Shown in pieces: positions 48,198 to 57,443 of a stretch of DNA of 64,000 bases. The translations under genes were made by a program, and so were the position numbers. Source of the DNA: a virus; IMG/VR virus record IMGVR_UViG_3300026189_001009, positions 1 through 64,000 of that record. One strand, written 5' to 3'. A model generated the notes under the pieces. It was given only the letters and a program-made list of their open reading frames with translations, had not been told where the DNA came from and did no database searches. Numbering within the stretch: position 1 is the stretch's first letter; the number at the start of each line of letters is the position of its first letter.

Positions 48198-48509
48198 ATG
48201 TATAGACCTTTGCCAGATGGGTTAACTATCAAAGAATCTAAAGTACAAGGCTTGGGCTTGTTTGCTACACAAGATTTTGACGCTGATGTAGTGTTAGGTA
48301 TTGTACATATACTAGATAAAAACTTTCCACACGGTGCTATTAGAACTGCCTTAGGAGCATTTTATAATCACCACGAAGATCCTAATTGTAAAAACATAAA
48401 AGGATTTTGGCATCAGAAACCAGTTTGTTATCTTGTAACAATTAGACCAATCAAAGCTGGAGAAGAATTAACTGCGAAATATACATTGTACAATGACTTT
48501 AACGATTAA
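48198..48509 (+). CDS. SET-domain protein
   Basis: GLGLFAT, FYNH..DPNC, RPIKAGEELTAKY. Confidence 0.85.
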   Translation: MYRPLPDGLTIKESKVQGLGLFATQDFDADVVLGIVHILDKNFPHGAIRTALGAFYNHHEDPNCKNIKGFWHQKPVCYLVTIRPIKAGEELTAKYTLYNDFND

Positions 48510-48999
48510 TACAACAGTAAAAGAAGTTTTGAAAGGAAAGCCCAAAGGCACCTTTGTTTATAAAATAATGTATGATGAAAACATTCCTTTTTATGTAGGC
48601 ATGAGCCTAAAAGGAATACAAGCTAGGTTCAAAACACATATGGCAAAATTTTATGGAGAAAAGAAATATCCTGGAAGACCAAATTGCCAAGAGATCATTT
48701 GTGAACACAAAGATTTAAATTTTAAATGTGTTGGAAGACAAACACACGGATATAGAACTATTCGTGAAATATTTAAAAAGAACAAAATAAAATTTGATTT
48801 GTATAATGCAAATGTAAAGTTACAAAGATATTATGAGGAGCCGTTGTCAGAATATGGTACTGAGTTAAGTATAGGAAAAAAATGGCCTTTGACAAATAAG
48901 TTTGTAATCGAACAAGCAGAAAGCCAATTAATAGAAAAAGAAATACCATTAGCAAATGATGAAACAATTCATTTAGCTGAAGAAAGACTAAGGAGATAA
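48493..48999 (+). CDS. GIY-YIG-like nuclease
   Basis: FVYKI...FYVGMS...ARFKTH...AESQLI...PLAN. Confidence 0.65.
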   Translation: MTLTINTTVKEVLKGKPKGTFVYKIMYDENIPFYVGMSLKGIQARFKTHMAKFYGEKKYPGRPNCQEIICEHKDLNFKCVGRQTHGYRTIREIFKKNKIKFDLYNANVKLQRYYEEPLSEYGTELSIGKKWPLTNKFVIEQAESQLIEKEIPLANDETIHLAEERLRR

Positions 49000-49000
49000 A

Positions 49001-50488
49001 ATGAAAATAGACTTTACATCTAATATAAACGAACTAACATCAAGTTGTGAAATTCACTTTTTGTATAAAAGTGGCGATGACTTTCATCTTACAGAATCTG
49101 CAAAGCAAGTAGATGAAAAAACAAACGGATTAATTACTAAAACCATTACTAAAAATAATTATAAAGGTAAGTTCGGTACAGGTTTTTTTATTACAACAGA
49201 TACTTTACAAAGTGACGAAGCATTAATTGTTAGTATAGATGATAAAGATAAATTTAATCAACTTAAAGCAAAAAAAGTAGGCTCAGCAATTTACACTATG
49301 TTACAAGACAGAGGCACAACAGGTAATGTTGTAGTTCATGCTGATGACACTATTGAAAAAAATATGGCTTCTCAAATTGGTTTCGGTTTGTTGTTAAAGC
49401 AATATAGCTTCAACAAATATTTTACTGGTAAAAAAATACCTAAAGTAAATGATTTTGACGTCTATATCAAAGATGACAATGGTCAGTTATTAACCTTTCA
49501 GGCATTATCAAACATGGCTGACAGTATTGCATTTACAAAGGACTTAATATCTGAACCATCAAACATATTATATCCAGAGTCTTATGCTGATAGAATTAAA
49601 GAGCTAGAAAAAATAGGACTAAAGGTTACAGTTTATGGAGAAAGAGAATTAGAAAAACTTGGATTAACTGCTTTGCTATCTGTAGGACAAGGTAGTGCTA
49701 GAGAATCTAAAATGGTTGTAATGGAATGGAACGGTGCACAAGATAATACTCAGCCACTTGCACTAGTCGGTAAAGGTGTCACATTTGATACAGGAGGTTA
49801 TTCAATCAAACCTTCTAAAGGAATGGGCGACATGAAATATGACATGGGTGGATCAGCAGTTGTTGTTGGCACTATGATGTCATTAGCATTAAGAAAAACA
49901 CCAAAGAACGTAGTTGGCGTTGTTGGGTTAGTAGAAAATATGGTATCTAGTACAGCATACAAGCCAGGTGATGTAATTAATTCATTAAGTGGACAAACAA
50001 TTGAAATTGATAACACAGATGCTGAAGGCAGAGTTGTATTAGCAGACTGTTTATATTATACGCAAAGAGAATTTAAACCATCTGCAATGGTTAACTTGGC
50101 AACATTAACAGGAGCAATATCAGTAGCACTAGGAGATCAAATTGCTGGATTGTTTTCCAACAACGACAAGTTAAGCAATGAACTTTTAAAAGCAGGTGAA
50201 ACAACAGGAGAAGATCTTTGGAGATTACCTTGTGATCCAATTGGTGAGAGATATGACACCTATGTAGATTCTTCAGTTGCAGATATGCACAATGTAGGTA
50301 AAGGTTATGAAGCAAGTTCAACAACAGCGGCACAATTTTTACAAAGATTCGTAAATGATACACCATGGGCACACTTAGATATTGCAGGTGTTACATGGAA
50401 TGACAAAGGTTCAATGACAGCATCCGGTGGTGCAACAGGCTGGGGTGTTGAGTTATTAAACAAATGGATAGACAACAAAATTGAATAG
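49001..50488 (+). CDS. pepA: leucyl aminopeptidase (M17)
   Basis: VGKGVTFDTGG, MKYDMGG, NTDAEGR, WAHLDIAG. Confidence 0.95.
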   Translation: MKIDFTSNINELTSSCEIHFLYKSGDDFHLTESAKQVDEKTNGLITKTITKNNYKGKFGTGFFITTDTLQSDEALIVSIDDKDKFNQLKAKKVGSAIYTMLQDRGTTGNVVVHADDTIEKNMASQIGFGLLLKQYSFNKYFTGKKIPKVNDFDVYIKDDNGQLLTFQALSNMADSIAFTKDLISEPSNILYPESYADRIKELEKIGLKVTVYGERELEKLGLTALLSVGQGSARESKMVVMEWNGAQDNTQPLALVGKGVTFDTGGYSIKPSKGMGDMKYDMGGSAVVVGTMMSLALRKTPKNVVGVVGLVENMVSSTAYKPGDVINSLSGQTIEIDNTDAEGRVVLADCLYYTQREFKPSAMVNLATLTGAISVALGDQIAGLFSNNDKLSNELLKAGETTGEDLWRLPCDPIGERYDTYVDSSVADMHNVGKGYEASSTTAAQFLQRFVNDTPWAHLDIAGVTWNDKGSMTASGGATGWGVELLNKWIDNKIE

Positions 50489-50807
50489 AAATATGGTAAA
50501 TGAATATAAAGAAAAACTAGACGATAAGATTAAAGCACTTAACTCTAGTCGTGTCTACAAAAAGATTACACCCAAAGGTGATTTATCTTGGTATGTAAAA
50601 TGGATATCGAGTTTCTTTATTCTCACAGCAGTAGCGGCCAGAAGTGTTGGCACTATACCACTAGCAGATCTTTGGTTAAGTTTATTTGGTACACTAGGTT
50701 GGTTATGGGTAGGATTACTATGGCATGATAGAGCTCTTACTATGTTAAACGGATCATTAGCAACTATACTGTTAGCAGGATTATTTAATTATTACTTTGG
50801 TGTTTAA
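50481..50807 (+). CDS. small multi-TM membrane protein
   Basis: WYVKW...WLWVGLLWHDRAL...NG. Confidence 0.65.
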   Translation: MNRNMVNEYKEKLDDKIKALNSSRVYKKITPKGDLSWYVKWISSFFILTAVAARSVGTIPLADLWLSLFGTLGWLWVGLLWHDRALTMLNGSLATILLAGLFNYYFGV

Positions 50808-50808
50808 T

Positions 50809-51138
50809 ATGACAGATATAGTAGACTTTGAAAAATTTAGAAACAAGAAACTAAAAACAGATAAAAAGAATATTAGAAAAGTTCATCAACTTATACTAGA
50901 AGACTTAATACGATCAATGATAGACAATGGCATTGAAATTAATGAAAGAGTAGAAAAAAGTTTGGTACCAATGATTAAAATTATAGAAAGTATTTTATAT
51001 GAGCAAAACGGTTTATCACATCCACACAGCCAAGACGTTGATAAGTTTATTGAAATGGCGTTTGCAAGAGGTCCTAACGAAGATTATTCAGAAGAGAATA
51101 ATGTTGTTAAGCCAATAAACGATAACGACAATGACTAA
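50809..51138 (+). CDS. hypothetical protein
   Basis: MTDIVDFEKFR start. Confidence 0.6.
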   Translation: MTDIVDFEKFRNKKLKTDKKNIRKVHQLILEDLIRSMIDNGIEINERVEKSLVPMIKIIESILYEQNGLSHPHSQDVDKFIEMAFARGPNEDYSEENNVVKPINDNDND

Positions 51139-51361
51139 AACTTATATACACGTCAATCAACATAAAATTAGGAGTAATAAGAAAAATGGGACTAATGAAC
51201 CTGTTATCACTGTTAAACGTGGAAGTAGGAATGACTATTGTCATGCCGTTAAAATATTGGGTGATAGTGTTGTGCGTTATGGCGGCAATGGTAAGCCTAT
51301 CCTTAGTTGCGGTGCTAGAGTTGTTATAGAAACCGAAGCGGAGGTTCAAATTGTTGAGTAA
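51131..51361 (+). CDS. conserved phage hypothetical protein
   Basis: IHVNQHKIRSN...PILSCGARVVIET. Confidence 0.65.
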   Translation: MTKTYIHVNQHKIRSNKKNGTNEPVITVKRGSRNDYCHAVKILGDSVVRYGGNGKPILSCGARVVIETEAEVQIVE

Positions 51362-51918
51362 TGTTTGAAATTCCAATAATCAAAAAAACTATAGAATTTG
51401 ATAAGAATCGTATTGTAAATTCTATTAGAGATCACGTCCCGGGTTTGAAAATGCCTAATCCATGGTCAAAGCAATCTGATGTAATAACATCAATTGCCGC
51501 CGGGGCTGATGACGCCTGGCAAGATCAAGAACTTTTTCAATCAATGTATCCTGTAATCAAAGAATATATTCAAGAAACAATTGGACAAAACGTAAAAACT
51601 AATTGTCATATGTGGTATAATGTTTATAATACAGGATTTCATCAAGAACAACACAATCATAATGCTATTGGAACACTGGCATCTGGAATAGTGTATATAC
51701 AACTGCCAGAAAAATCAACAGGCACAACTTTCATAAATCCTTTAAAATCACTTTTCAATGCCTGCGAGTATAAACAAGAACTAACAATGATGACACCAAA
51801 GGTAAAAGAAGGTGATTGCATTATTTTTCCTCCATGGTTAGAACACAGAGTTGACAAACAGTATGAAATAGGTGGAACTCGCATAACTGTGGCGTTCAAC
51901 ATCAGCAATAATCCGTAG
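51361..51918 (+). CDS. putative 2OG-Fe(II) oxygenase (TIGR02466-like)
   Basis: WYNVY...QEQHNH, SGIVY, EGDCIIFPPWLEHRV, RITVAFNI. Confidence 0.85.
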   Translation: MFEIPIIKKTIEFDKNRIVNSIRDHVPGLKMPNPWSKQSDVITSIAAGADDAWQDQELFQSMYPVIKEYIQETIGQNVKTNCHMWYNVYNTGFHQEQHNHNAIGTLASGIVYIQLPEKSTGTTFINPLKSLFNACEYKQELTMMTPKVKEGDCIIFPPWLEHRVDKQYEIGGTRITVAFNISNNP

Positions 51919-51960
51919 GTTTAGTAACAATTAAGTAGGTATATTATAAATAAGTGTGTA

Positions 51961-52200
51961 ATGGAACACACTTGTATAGTAATAGACATCAAACACTTAA
52001 TTGAGCAAAACAAAATCAAACGTTATATACGTCAGCAAATACTCGATTTAGGTGTAGATCATCACATAGCAGAAGACTGCACTGTAAATTTTGTTGCTGG
52101 AAAGCCTAACTATACAGGATATCTAGTAGATATTGAAAGTGGTACCTTAATTAAATTAGACCCTGAATACTCTGTTGTAAAAGCTCTGGTTAATCTCTAA
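51961..52200 (+). CDS. hypothetical protein (late)
   Basis: Preceded by TATAAATA at 51945-51952. Confidence 0.55.
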   Translation: MEHTCIVIDIKHLIEQNKIKRYIRQQILDLGVDHHIAEDCTVNFVAGKPNYTGYLVDIESGTLIKLDPEYSVVKALVNL

Positions 52201-52203
52201 AGA

Positions 52204-52211
52204 TATAAATA
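52204..52211 (+). promoter_or_regulatory. T4-late consensus promoter
   Basis: Exact TATAAATA upstream of a virion-type gene. Confidence 0.65.
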
Positions 52212-52281
52212 GTTTTAATAGAATGTACACTCAAGACTATGATTTATCATAGACTGTAGTAATACAGCACTTGGAGAAAAG

Positions 52282-53319
52282 ATGGCAGTAACTTATAACA
52301 TCAAGGGGACTACGAACTCCTCTTTTAAAGTTGGAAAACAGGGTACCGGCACGGTATATGCTGGTTCGGTAGAAGCTAACGACTTACAAGCTACAGGAAA
52401 TTTAACTGTTACAGGTAATTTACTTGTAAGTGGTACAACTACAACAGTATCATCTACTACAATTGATGTAAAAAATTCTTTTAGATTTGAAGGTGCAACT
52501 ACTGACGCACATGAAACAATACTGACAGTTGAAGATCCAACAGCAGATAGAACAGTTACTATACCAGATGCTACAACAACATTGGTAGGTACAGATACTA
52601 CACAAACACTCACAAACAAAACAATAACTGACGCCGCAAGTATATCTATTGCAAATACATCAACAGATGATAGTTTGTTATTAACAACTACAGAAGATTC
52701 AAGTACAGCAGGACCAGTTCTTACACTAAAAAGAAATAGTGCAAGTCCAGATGATGCTGACTACTTAGGACAAATTAAATTCAAAGGTGAGAATGATGCT
52801 GACCAAGAAACAGTATATTCAAAAATCACAGGTAAAATATTAGATGCCACAGACGGATCAGAAGATGGTCTATTAGAATTTGCATTTATTAAAGCTGGCT
52901 CACAAAACATATCTGGTAGGTTTAGAAGTGATCAGTTCCAATTATTAAATGGTACAAGTTTATATGTTGGTGCAGGTGGAGATCTTAAGTTTGAAGGTTC
53001 CACTTCAAATGCATATGAAACAACAATAGCAATTACTGACCCAACAGCAGATAGAACAATTACACTACCTGATGACACTGGAATAATTGTAACAAAAGAT
53101 AGTGCAACTGGTATGATGAACTTACCTGTTGGTACAACAGCACAAAGACCTGGAAGTCCTGTTACAGGCTCGATGAGATTTAATTCAACAACAAAAAGGT
53201 TCGAAGGGTACAATGGAATTCAATGGGTAGCAATGTCACCATATCCAGATGATATCACTACACCACGTGATGGTGATCCAGTACAGCTTGAGCCAGGTGA
53301 TTTAGGATCACTTACATAA
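52282..53319 (+). CDS. virion structural/fibre-like protein
   Basis: Thr/Gly-rich; duplicated FEG....ET...DPTADRT.T.PD repeat; LPVGTTAQRP...MRFNS..FEGY.G.W motif. Confidence 0.75.
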   Translation: MAVTYNIKGTTNSSFKVGKQGTGTVYAGSVEANDLQATGNLTVTGNLLVSGTTTTVSSTTIDVKNSFRFEGATTDAHETILTVEDPTADRTVTIPDATTTLVGTDTTQTLTNKTITDAASISIANTSTDDSLLLTTTEDSSTAGPVLTLKRNSASPDDADYLGQIKFKGENDADQETVYSKITGKILDATDGSEDGLLEFAFIKAGSQNISGRFRSDQFQLLNGTSLYVGAGGDLKFEGSTSNAYETTIAITDPTADRTITLPDDTGIIVTKDSATGMMNLPVGTTAQRPGSPVTGSMRFNSTTKRFEGYNGIQWVAMSPYPDDITTPRDGDPVQLEPGDLGSLT

Positions 53320-53338
53320 AATTAGGAGAAATTAAATT

Positions 53339-53602
53339 ATGTGGAATAAAATAAAATATGACATACCTGAAATGTTAGACAACTGGAGATTAATTCCAAG
53401 ATTGTTAATTTTCATGTATGCAATAGTATTTTACCAAACAATGAATTGGTTTATGCTATTAGAAAACCCAAACAATGCACAGGCAGGTTTTGTTTCTGTG
53501 ATAGTTGGTGCGGGTGCGGCCTGGTTTGGTTTATACGTAAACTCAGGTTCAGGTAAAAAAGTAAGAATCGAAACAACAGGTTCAGGAAGTAAAACTAGCT
53601 AA
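53339..53602 (+). CDS. two-TM holin-like membrane protein
   Basis: DNWRLIPRLL, WFM, AGAAWFGLY; AGGAG SD. Confidence 0.55.
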   Translation: MWNKIKYDIPEMLDNWRLIPRLLIFMYAIVFYQTMNWFMLLENPNNAQAGFVSVIVGAGAAWFGLYVNSGSGKKVRIETTGSGSKTS

Positions 53603-54033
53603 TGACCCCAGACCTTAATACACTGTCAATGGATTTATCAAATATGCTATTGCCATGGATAGGAGTATTGATATCTCTTGTGGTAGCTATTTGGTTCAAA
53701 GACTTTGCTACAGGATTAGCAAAAGGATTGAAGTTTAAATTTGATCCTGCTTTTAATGAAGGTGATGAAGTTTTGCTGGATGGTGAACTAGCAATGATTG
53801 TCAAAATTGGTGCTAGACAAACTGTATTTGGTGTATATTCTGAAAGAGGATACACTTGGAGATATGTTCCAAATGAGAGAATACCTTACTTGAAATTAGA
53901 AAAAGTTATTAAGAAAGATCTTCATGTTGACACAGAAGAAGAAAAAGCTGAAAAAATGAAGACATTGATCGACAAGGCACAAGACAAGCAGATAGCAAAA
54001 AACAAAGAAGCAATTGACAAGCTACAGAAGTAA
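53602..54033 (+). CDS. truncated MscS-like (TM + beta-domain) protein
   Basis: KDFATG...FNEGDEVLLDG...VKIG...VPN. Confidence 0.55.
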   Translation: MTPDLNTLSMDLSNMLLPWIGVLISLVVAIWFKDFATGLAKGLKFKFDPAFNEGDEVLLDGELAMIVKIGARQTVFGVYSERGYTWRYVPNERIPYLKLEKVIKKDLHVDTEEEKAEKMKTLIDKAQDKQIAKNKEAIDKLQK

Positions 54034-54047
54034 CGATAAATATTTGT

Positions 54048-54407
54048 ATGAATAATATTACTCTTAAATTTGAATCATCACTTGATGAAAGTTTGCTAGA
54101 AAATCTTTTTGAAGTAATGGCCGCTGTTTTGCCACACGATGTTTACACTGAAAATAAGATTGTAAATGGCGATGGCGTTGTTACTGATTACAATATAGTA
54201 TATCATGAAACTATGGGATACCATTGTTATGAAATGCCTTGTACAAGACCATTAACAATTGAAGAAGGCAAAGCATTATATTATGTGGTTGACAATGCTA
54301 TTGATGGCAATTACTATTTAGAAATGACAGCAAATGCAAAAGAGTTACAAAATAGATATAAGTTTAATAGTTTTGAAGGGACAATACAGGAGGGAGAAAT
54401 CCAGTAG
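54048..54407 (+). CDS. hypothetical protein (late)
   Basis: TAAATA 5 nt before ATG. Confidence 0.6.
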   Translation: MNNITLKFESSLDESLLENLFEVMAAVLPHDVYTENKIVNGDGVVTDYNIVYHETMGYHCYEMPCTRPLTIEEGKALYYVVDNAIDGNYYLEMTANAKELQNRYKFNSFEGTIQEGEIQ

Positions 54408-55132
54408 TGTTCAAACCAAAGACGGTGCTTGAAAAAAGCGATGACTTTATTGCTCATCATACCAAATTAGAAAAAATAATACAAACAATATTTAATTGGC
54501 AAGATCCACCTTGTGTAGATTATGGAAGAGATCCATATGCAGGAGGTTCGTTATATTATCATCAGTGGAATATTTTATTTAGAATATTACAACCAAAGAA
54601 AATTTTAATATCTGGTGGTTACAGTAATATGGATCTTTTTACTGCTTGTTATGGACTCAACCTAAACTGTGAAGTTAAGATGTATGATCCTTTAGCCCAA
54701 ACAGATAGATGGGCAGGAAATAGTTTAGAGTGGACAAGAAATCAACATGAGAAGCTGAAAGAAATATGTGAGTTTACAGATAGCTATGAACATATTCATG
54801 ATGTTATTCCACAAGGTGGAATATCTGGATACACACCTGATTTAATTTGGCTAGGTTGGGATATTGAAGAGTTTTTAGGAACAAACTACGAAGCTATTAA
54901 TATGATAGCACTACATTCTGGAAAACCAAGAGAAATGTTCAAGAGTCTTTATCAAATAGATAAAGTTTGTAATATGCAAGTTTTCACAGATAGATGGAGT
55001 TTCCATTCCAACAACGACTATGATTATTCTATAATGTCTACTAGGACATTCAGATTTAGAAATTACCTAATTGAAAACGCCAAAGAAAAAGACGTAATCT
55101 GGGCAAGACAAGATATATACCATTCCGAATAG
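54407..55132 (+). CDS. hypothetical protein, possibly degenerate methyltransferase fold
   Basis: ILQPKKILISGG...YDP. Confidence 0.5.
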   Translation: MFKPKTVLEKSDDFIAHHTKLEKIIQTIFNWQDPPCVDYGRDPYAGGSLYYHQWNILFRILQPKKILISGGYSNMDLFTACYGLNLNCEVKMYDPLAQTDRWAGNSLEWTRNQHEKLKEICEFTDSYEHIHDVIPQGGISGYTPDLIWLGWDIEEFLGTNYEAINMIALHSGKPREMFKSLYQIDKVCNMQVFTDRWSFHSNNDYDYSIMSTRTFRFRNYLIENAKEKDVIWARQDIYHSE

Positions 55133-55138
55133 TAAGAC

Positions 55139-55166
55139 TTGACAATTTTTATCAATGTGTTATACT
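55139..55166 (+). promoter_or_regulatory. sigma70-type promoter, leaderless
   Basis: TTGACA-N16 with extended TG, TATACT; ATG 6 nt downstream. Confidence 0.7.
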
Positions 55167-55172
55167 ACTAGT

Positions 55173-55721
55173 ATGAATCAACATATCATGATAGATTTGG
55201 AAACCCTAGCCACTACAATTGACGCCAATGTCTTGACAATTGGTGCATTGAAGTTTGATCCAAGACAAGACTACACTGATTGGAAATGGGGAGACTTTCC
55301 TATTGATCAAGTATTTTATCGTAGGATTAATCCTGAAACTGGCACAGCAATTGGATTAAAAAATGATGATGAAACAATTGGTTGGTGGGCAAAGCAAAGC
55401 GATGAAGTAAAAGCTGAAGCATTTTCCGACGAACATAGATATTCAATTGATGAAGTATTTAGAGATTTTTACAAATTTTGTCTTACTGGAAAGTATTTTT
55501 GGGCTCAAGGTGTTGCATTTGATACTGTGATATGTGAGCAAGTATTTAAAAAACTAAACCGCGGTGCTCCATGGATGTTCTATAACCTGAGAGATACAAG
55601 AACATTATTTGATCTTGTAGATCCGCAAATGCCTAAAGCATTACATCACCATGCATTATTTGATTGCTGGAGGCAAACTATTGGAGTACAAAATGTCTAC
55701 AGAAAATTACAAATCAGTTAA
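55173..55721 (+). CDS. DEDD 3'-5' exonuclease (DexA-like)
   Basis: MIDLETL, WAQGVAFD, RDTRTL, HHALFD. Confidence 0.9.
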   Translation: MNQHIMIDLETLATTIDANVLTIGALKFDPRQDYTDWKWGDFPIDQVFYRRINPETGTAIGLKNDDETIGWWAKQSDEVKAEAFSDEHRYSIDEVFRDFYKFCLTGKYFWAQGVAFDTVICEQVFKKLNRGAPWMFYNLRDTRTLFDLVDPQMPKALHHHALFDCWRQTIGVQNVYRKLQIS

Positions 55722-56769
55722 ACGTATAGGTTTTTGTTGCAAATGGATTAACGACATATCTGAATCTCAAGGTATGAAGATTAATGCTAAAGACAGAGAT
55801 CTAAATGGAAGGTCAACTACTATGCGTTGGCTACGAGAACATAAAGAAGAAGCTGAACAAAGACAATGGGACATTATGAATCATAATGCCACAGCCGCTC
55901 GTAAGATGATTGAACGTGTTGGAACATTACCACTTGAACGAAGAATGGTTAGGTTAGGTAGTGAAATGCTACAAGGTTATACTGAAAAAGATTGGATTGA
56001 TTGGTGGCAACAAAAAGAAGTACAAGATCATTTAGAAAAAATATTTGCACCTGTTGGCGAAGCTTCTAGAAAGCATAATGTAAAAATTAGTTTTCATCCT
56101 GGACAATTTTGTGTACTTGCTAGTGCTACACCTGACATAGTTGAAAGAAGTATACTAGAATTTGAATACCATGCAGATATGGCTCGTTGGATGGGCTTTG
56201 GTAAAAGTTTCCAAGATGGTTGCAAACTTAATGTACATATATCTGGTAAACAAGGCCCAGATGGTATTAAAAAAGCATTGCCTAGACTATCACAAGAAGC
56301 GAGAAATCTTATTACTATTGAAAATGATGAAATGGGGCATGGCTTAGAAAAAAGTTTAGAACTAGAAAAAGACTTGGCTCTAGTATTAGATATACATCAT
56401 CATTGGATACGTGATGAAGAATATATTGAACCTAATGATGATAGAGTTAAAAGAGTAATAGATTCATGGCGTGGACAAAGACCCACTTTGCATTATTCTT
56501 ATTCTAGAGATGAAGCTCTTGCACCTGCACAATTAGGAGATAAGATGCATACAGAAATGCACAATATTAAAGACTTGATAGCTAAAGGTTGCAAGAAACA
56601 AAAGCTGAGAGCACATTCAGATTTATATCCAAACGATAAAGTAAATGATTGGGCGTTGAGCTTCAATGAAAATTTTGATATACAAACAGAATCCAAAGCA
56701 AAAAATTTAAGTGCTGAACAATTATATAATAAATATCTTAGTAATAAAAAAGTAAAAGAAACAGCATGA
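55693..56769 (+). CDS. uvsE: UV damage endonuclease (UvsE/UVDE)
   Basis: RIGFCCK, SFHPGQF, NVHISG, TIENDE, LDIHHH, HYS, RAHSD. Confidence 0.9.
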   Translation: MSTENYKSVKRIGFCCKWINDISESQGMKINAKDRDLNGRSTTMRWLREHKEEAEQRQWDIMNHNATAARKMIERVGTLPLERRMVRLGSEMLQGYTEKDWIDWWQQKEVQDHLEKIFAPVGEASRKHNVKISFHPGQFCVLASATPDIVERSILEFEYHADMARWMGFGKSFQDGCKLNVHISGKQGPDGIKKALPRLSQEARNLITIENDEMGHGLEKSLELEKDLALVLDIHHHWIRDEEYIEPNDDRVKRVIDSWRGQRPTLHYSYSRDEALAPAQLGDKMHTEMHNIKDLIAKGCKKQKLRAHSDLYPNDKVNDWALSFNENFDIQTESKAKNLSAEQLYNKYLSNKKVKETA

Positions 56770-57443
56770 CAGATCAAATTATAAACGATTACATTTTAGA
56801 AGTACCAGAATTAAAAGAGCTTTGTAGCCAAGAAAAACTTCTTAACTTATGGGATAACTTAAAAACTTTTCCATTTGAAAAAGATAGTATTGGTAAAGGA
56901 GCTTGGGATTCAGATTGGGATGGACAAGAATTTATTAGAGTAGAACCAACAATGTTTGATACATTAACTTCTGATAACAAGCAGAACATGGAAAAGTTAT
57001 TTGGCACAATTAATAATGATGTTATGTTTGATAAGCCAGACGGATGGATGGTAATCAAGTATAAACATAAATGGATGAGACCTCATTTGGATCATGAAAG
57101 AAATGCAGTATTAATAATGCCAATAGTACCAGAAGAATATCCAATAACTTACGTAGAAAATAAAGATACTGGTATTAAACAAGCAGACACTGAACAATTA
57201 GAAGATCAACTTGATGGAGGTAAGTGGGGAAATATTTTATATGAACACACTTATACTATGCCTACAATTATTAATGGTAAGATACCTCACACAGTTTTTG
57301 ATTACAAGCAATTAGAAAGAAGATTTTTTCAAATATCATTGTTCTTTAATAGCAGTGATTGGAGCATCAAAGAAGACAAAGGTCCAAACTTTTGGAATGA
57401 ATTAGTTGATTGCTATAAGAAAGGTAACTTGATTAATGTCTAA
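56766..57443 (+). CDS. putative Fe(II)/2OG-type oxygenase-like protein
   Basis: MRPHLD..RNAV, PTIINGKIPHTV, RRFFQISL. Confidence 0.6.
   Translation: MTDQIINDYILEVPELKELCSQEKLLNLWDNLKTFPFEKDSIGKGAWDSDWDGQEFIRVEPTMFDTLTSDNKQNMEKLFGTINNDVMFDKPDGWMVIKYKHKWMRPHLDHERNAVLIMPIVPEEYPITYVENKDTGIKQADTEQLEDQLDGGKWGNILYEHTYTMPTIINGKIPHTVFDYKQLERRFFQISLFFNSSDWSIKEDKGPNFWNELVDCYKKGNLINV

Noticed and set aside
52233-52251. CTATGAT-TT-ATCATAG hairpin as an ncRNA
   Set aside because: A single short AT-rich hairpin in a 5' UTR; insufficient support.
52486-53090. Internal DPTADRT repeat as a mobile or variable DNA repeat
   Set aside because: It is a protein-level repeat with diverged codons, as usual for fibre proteins.
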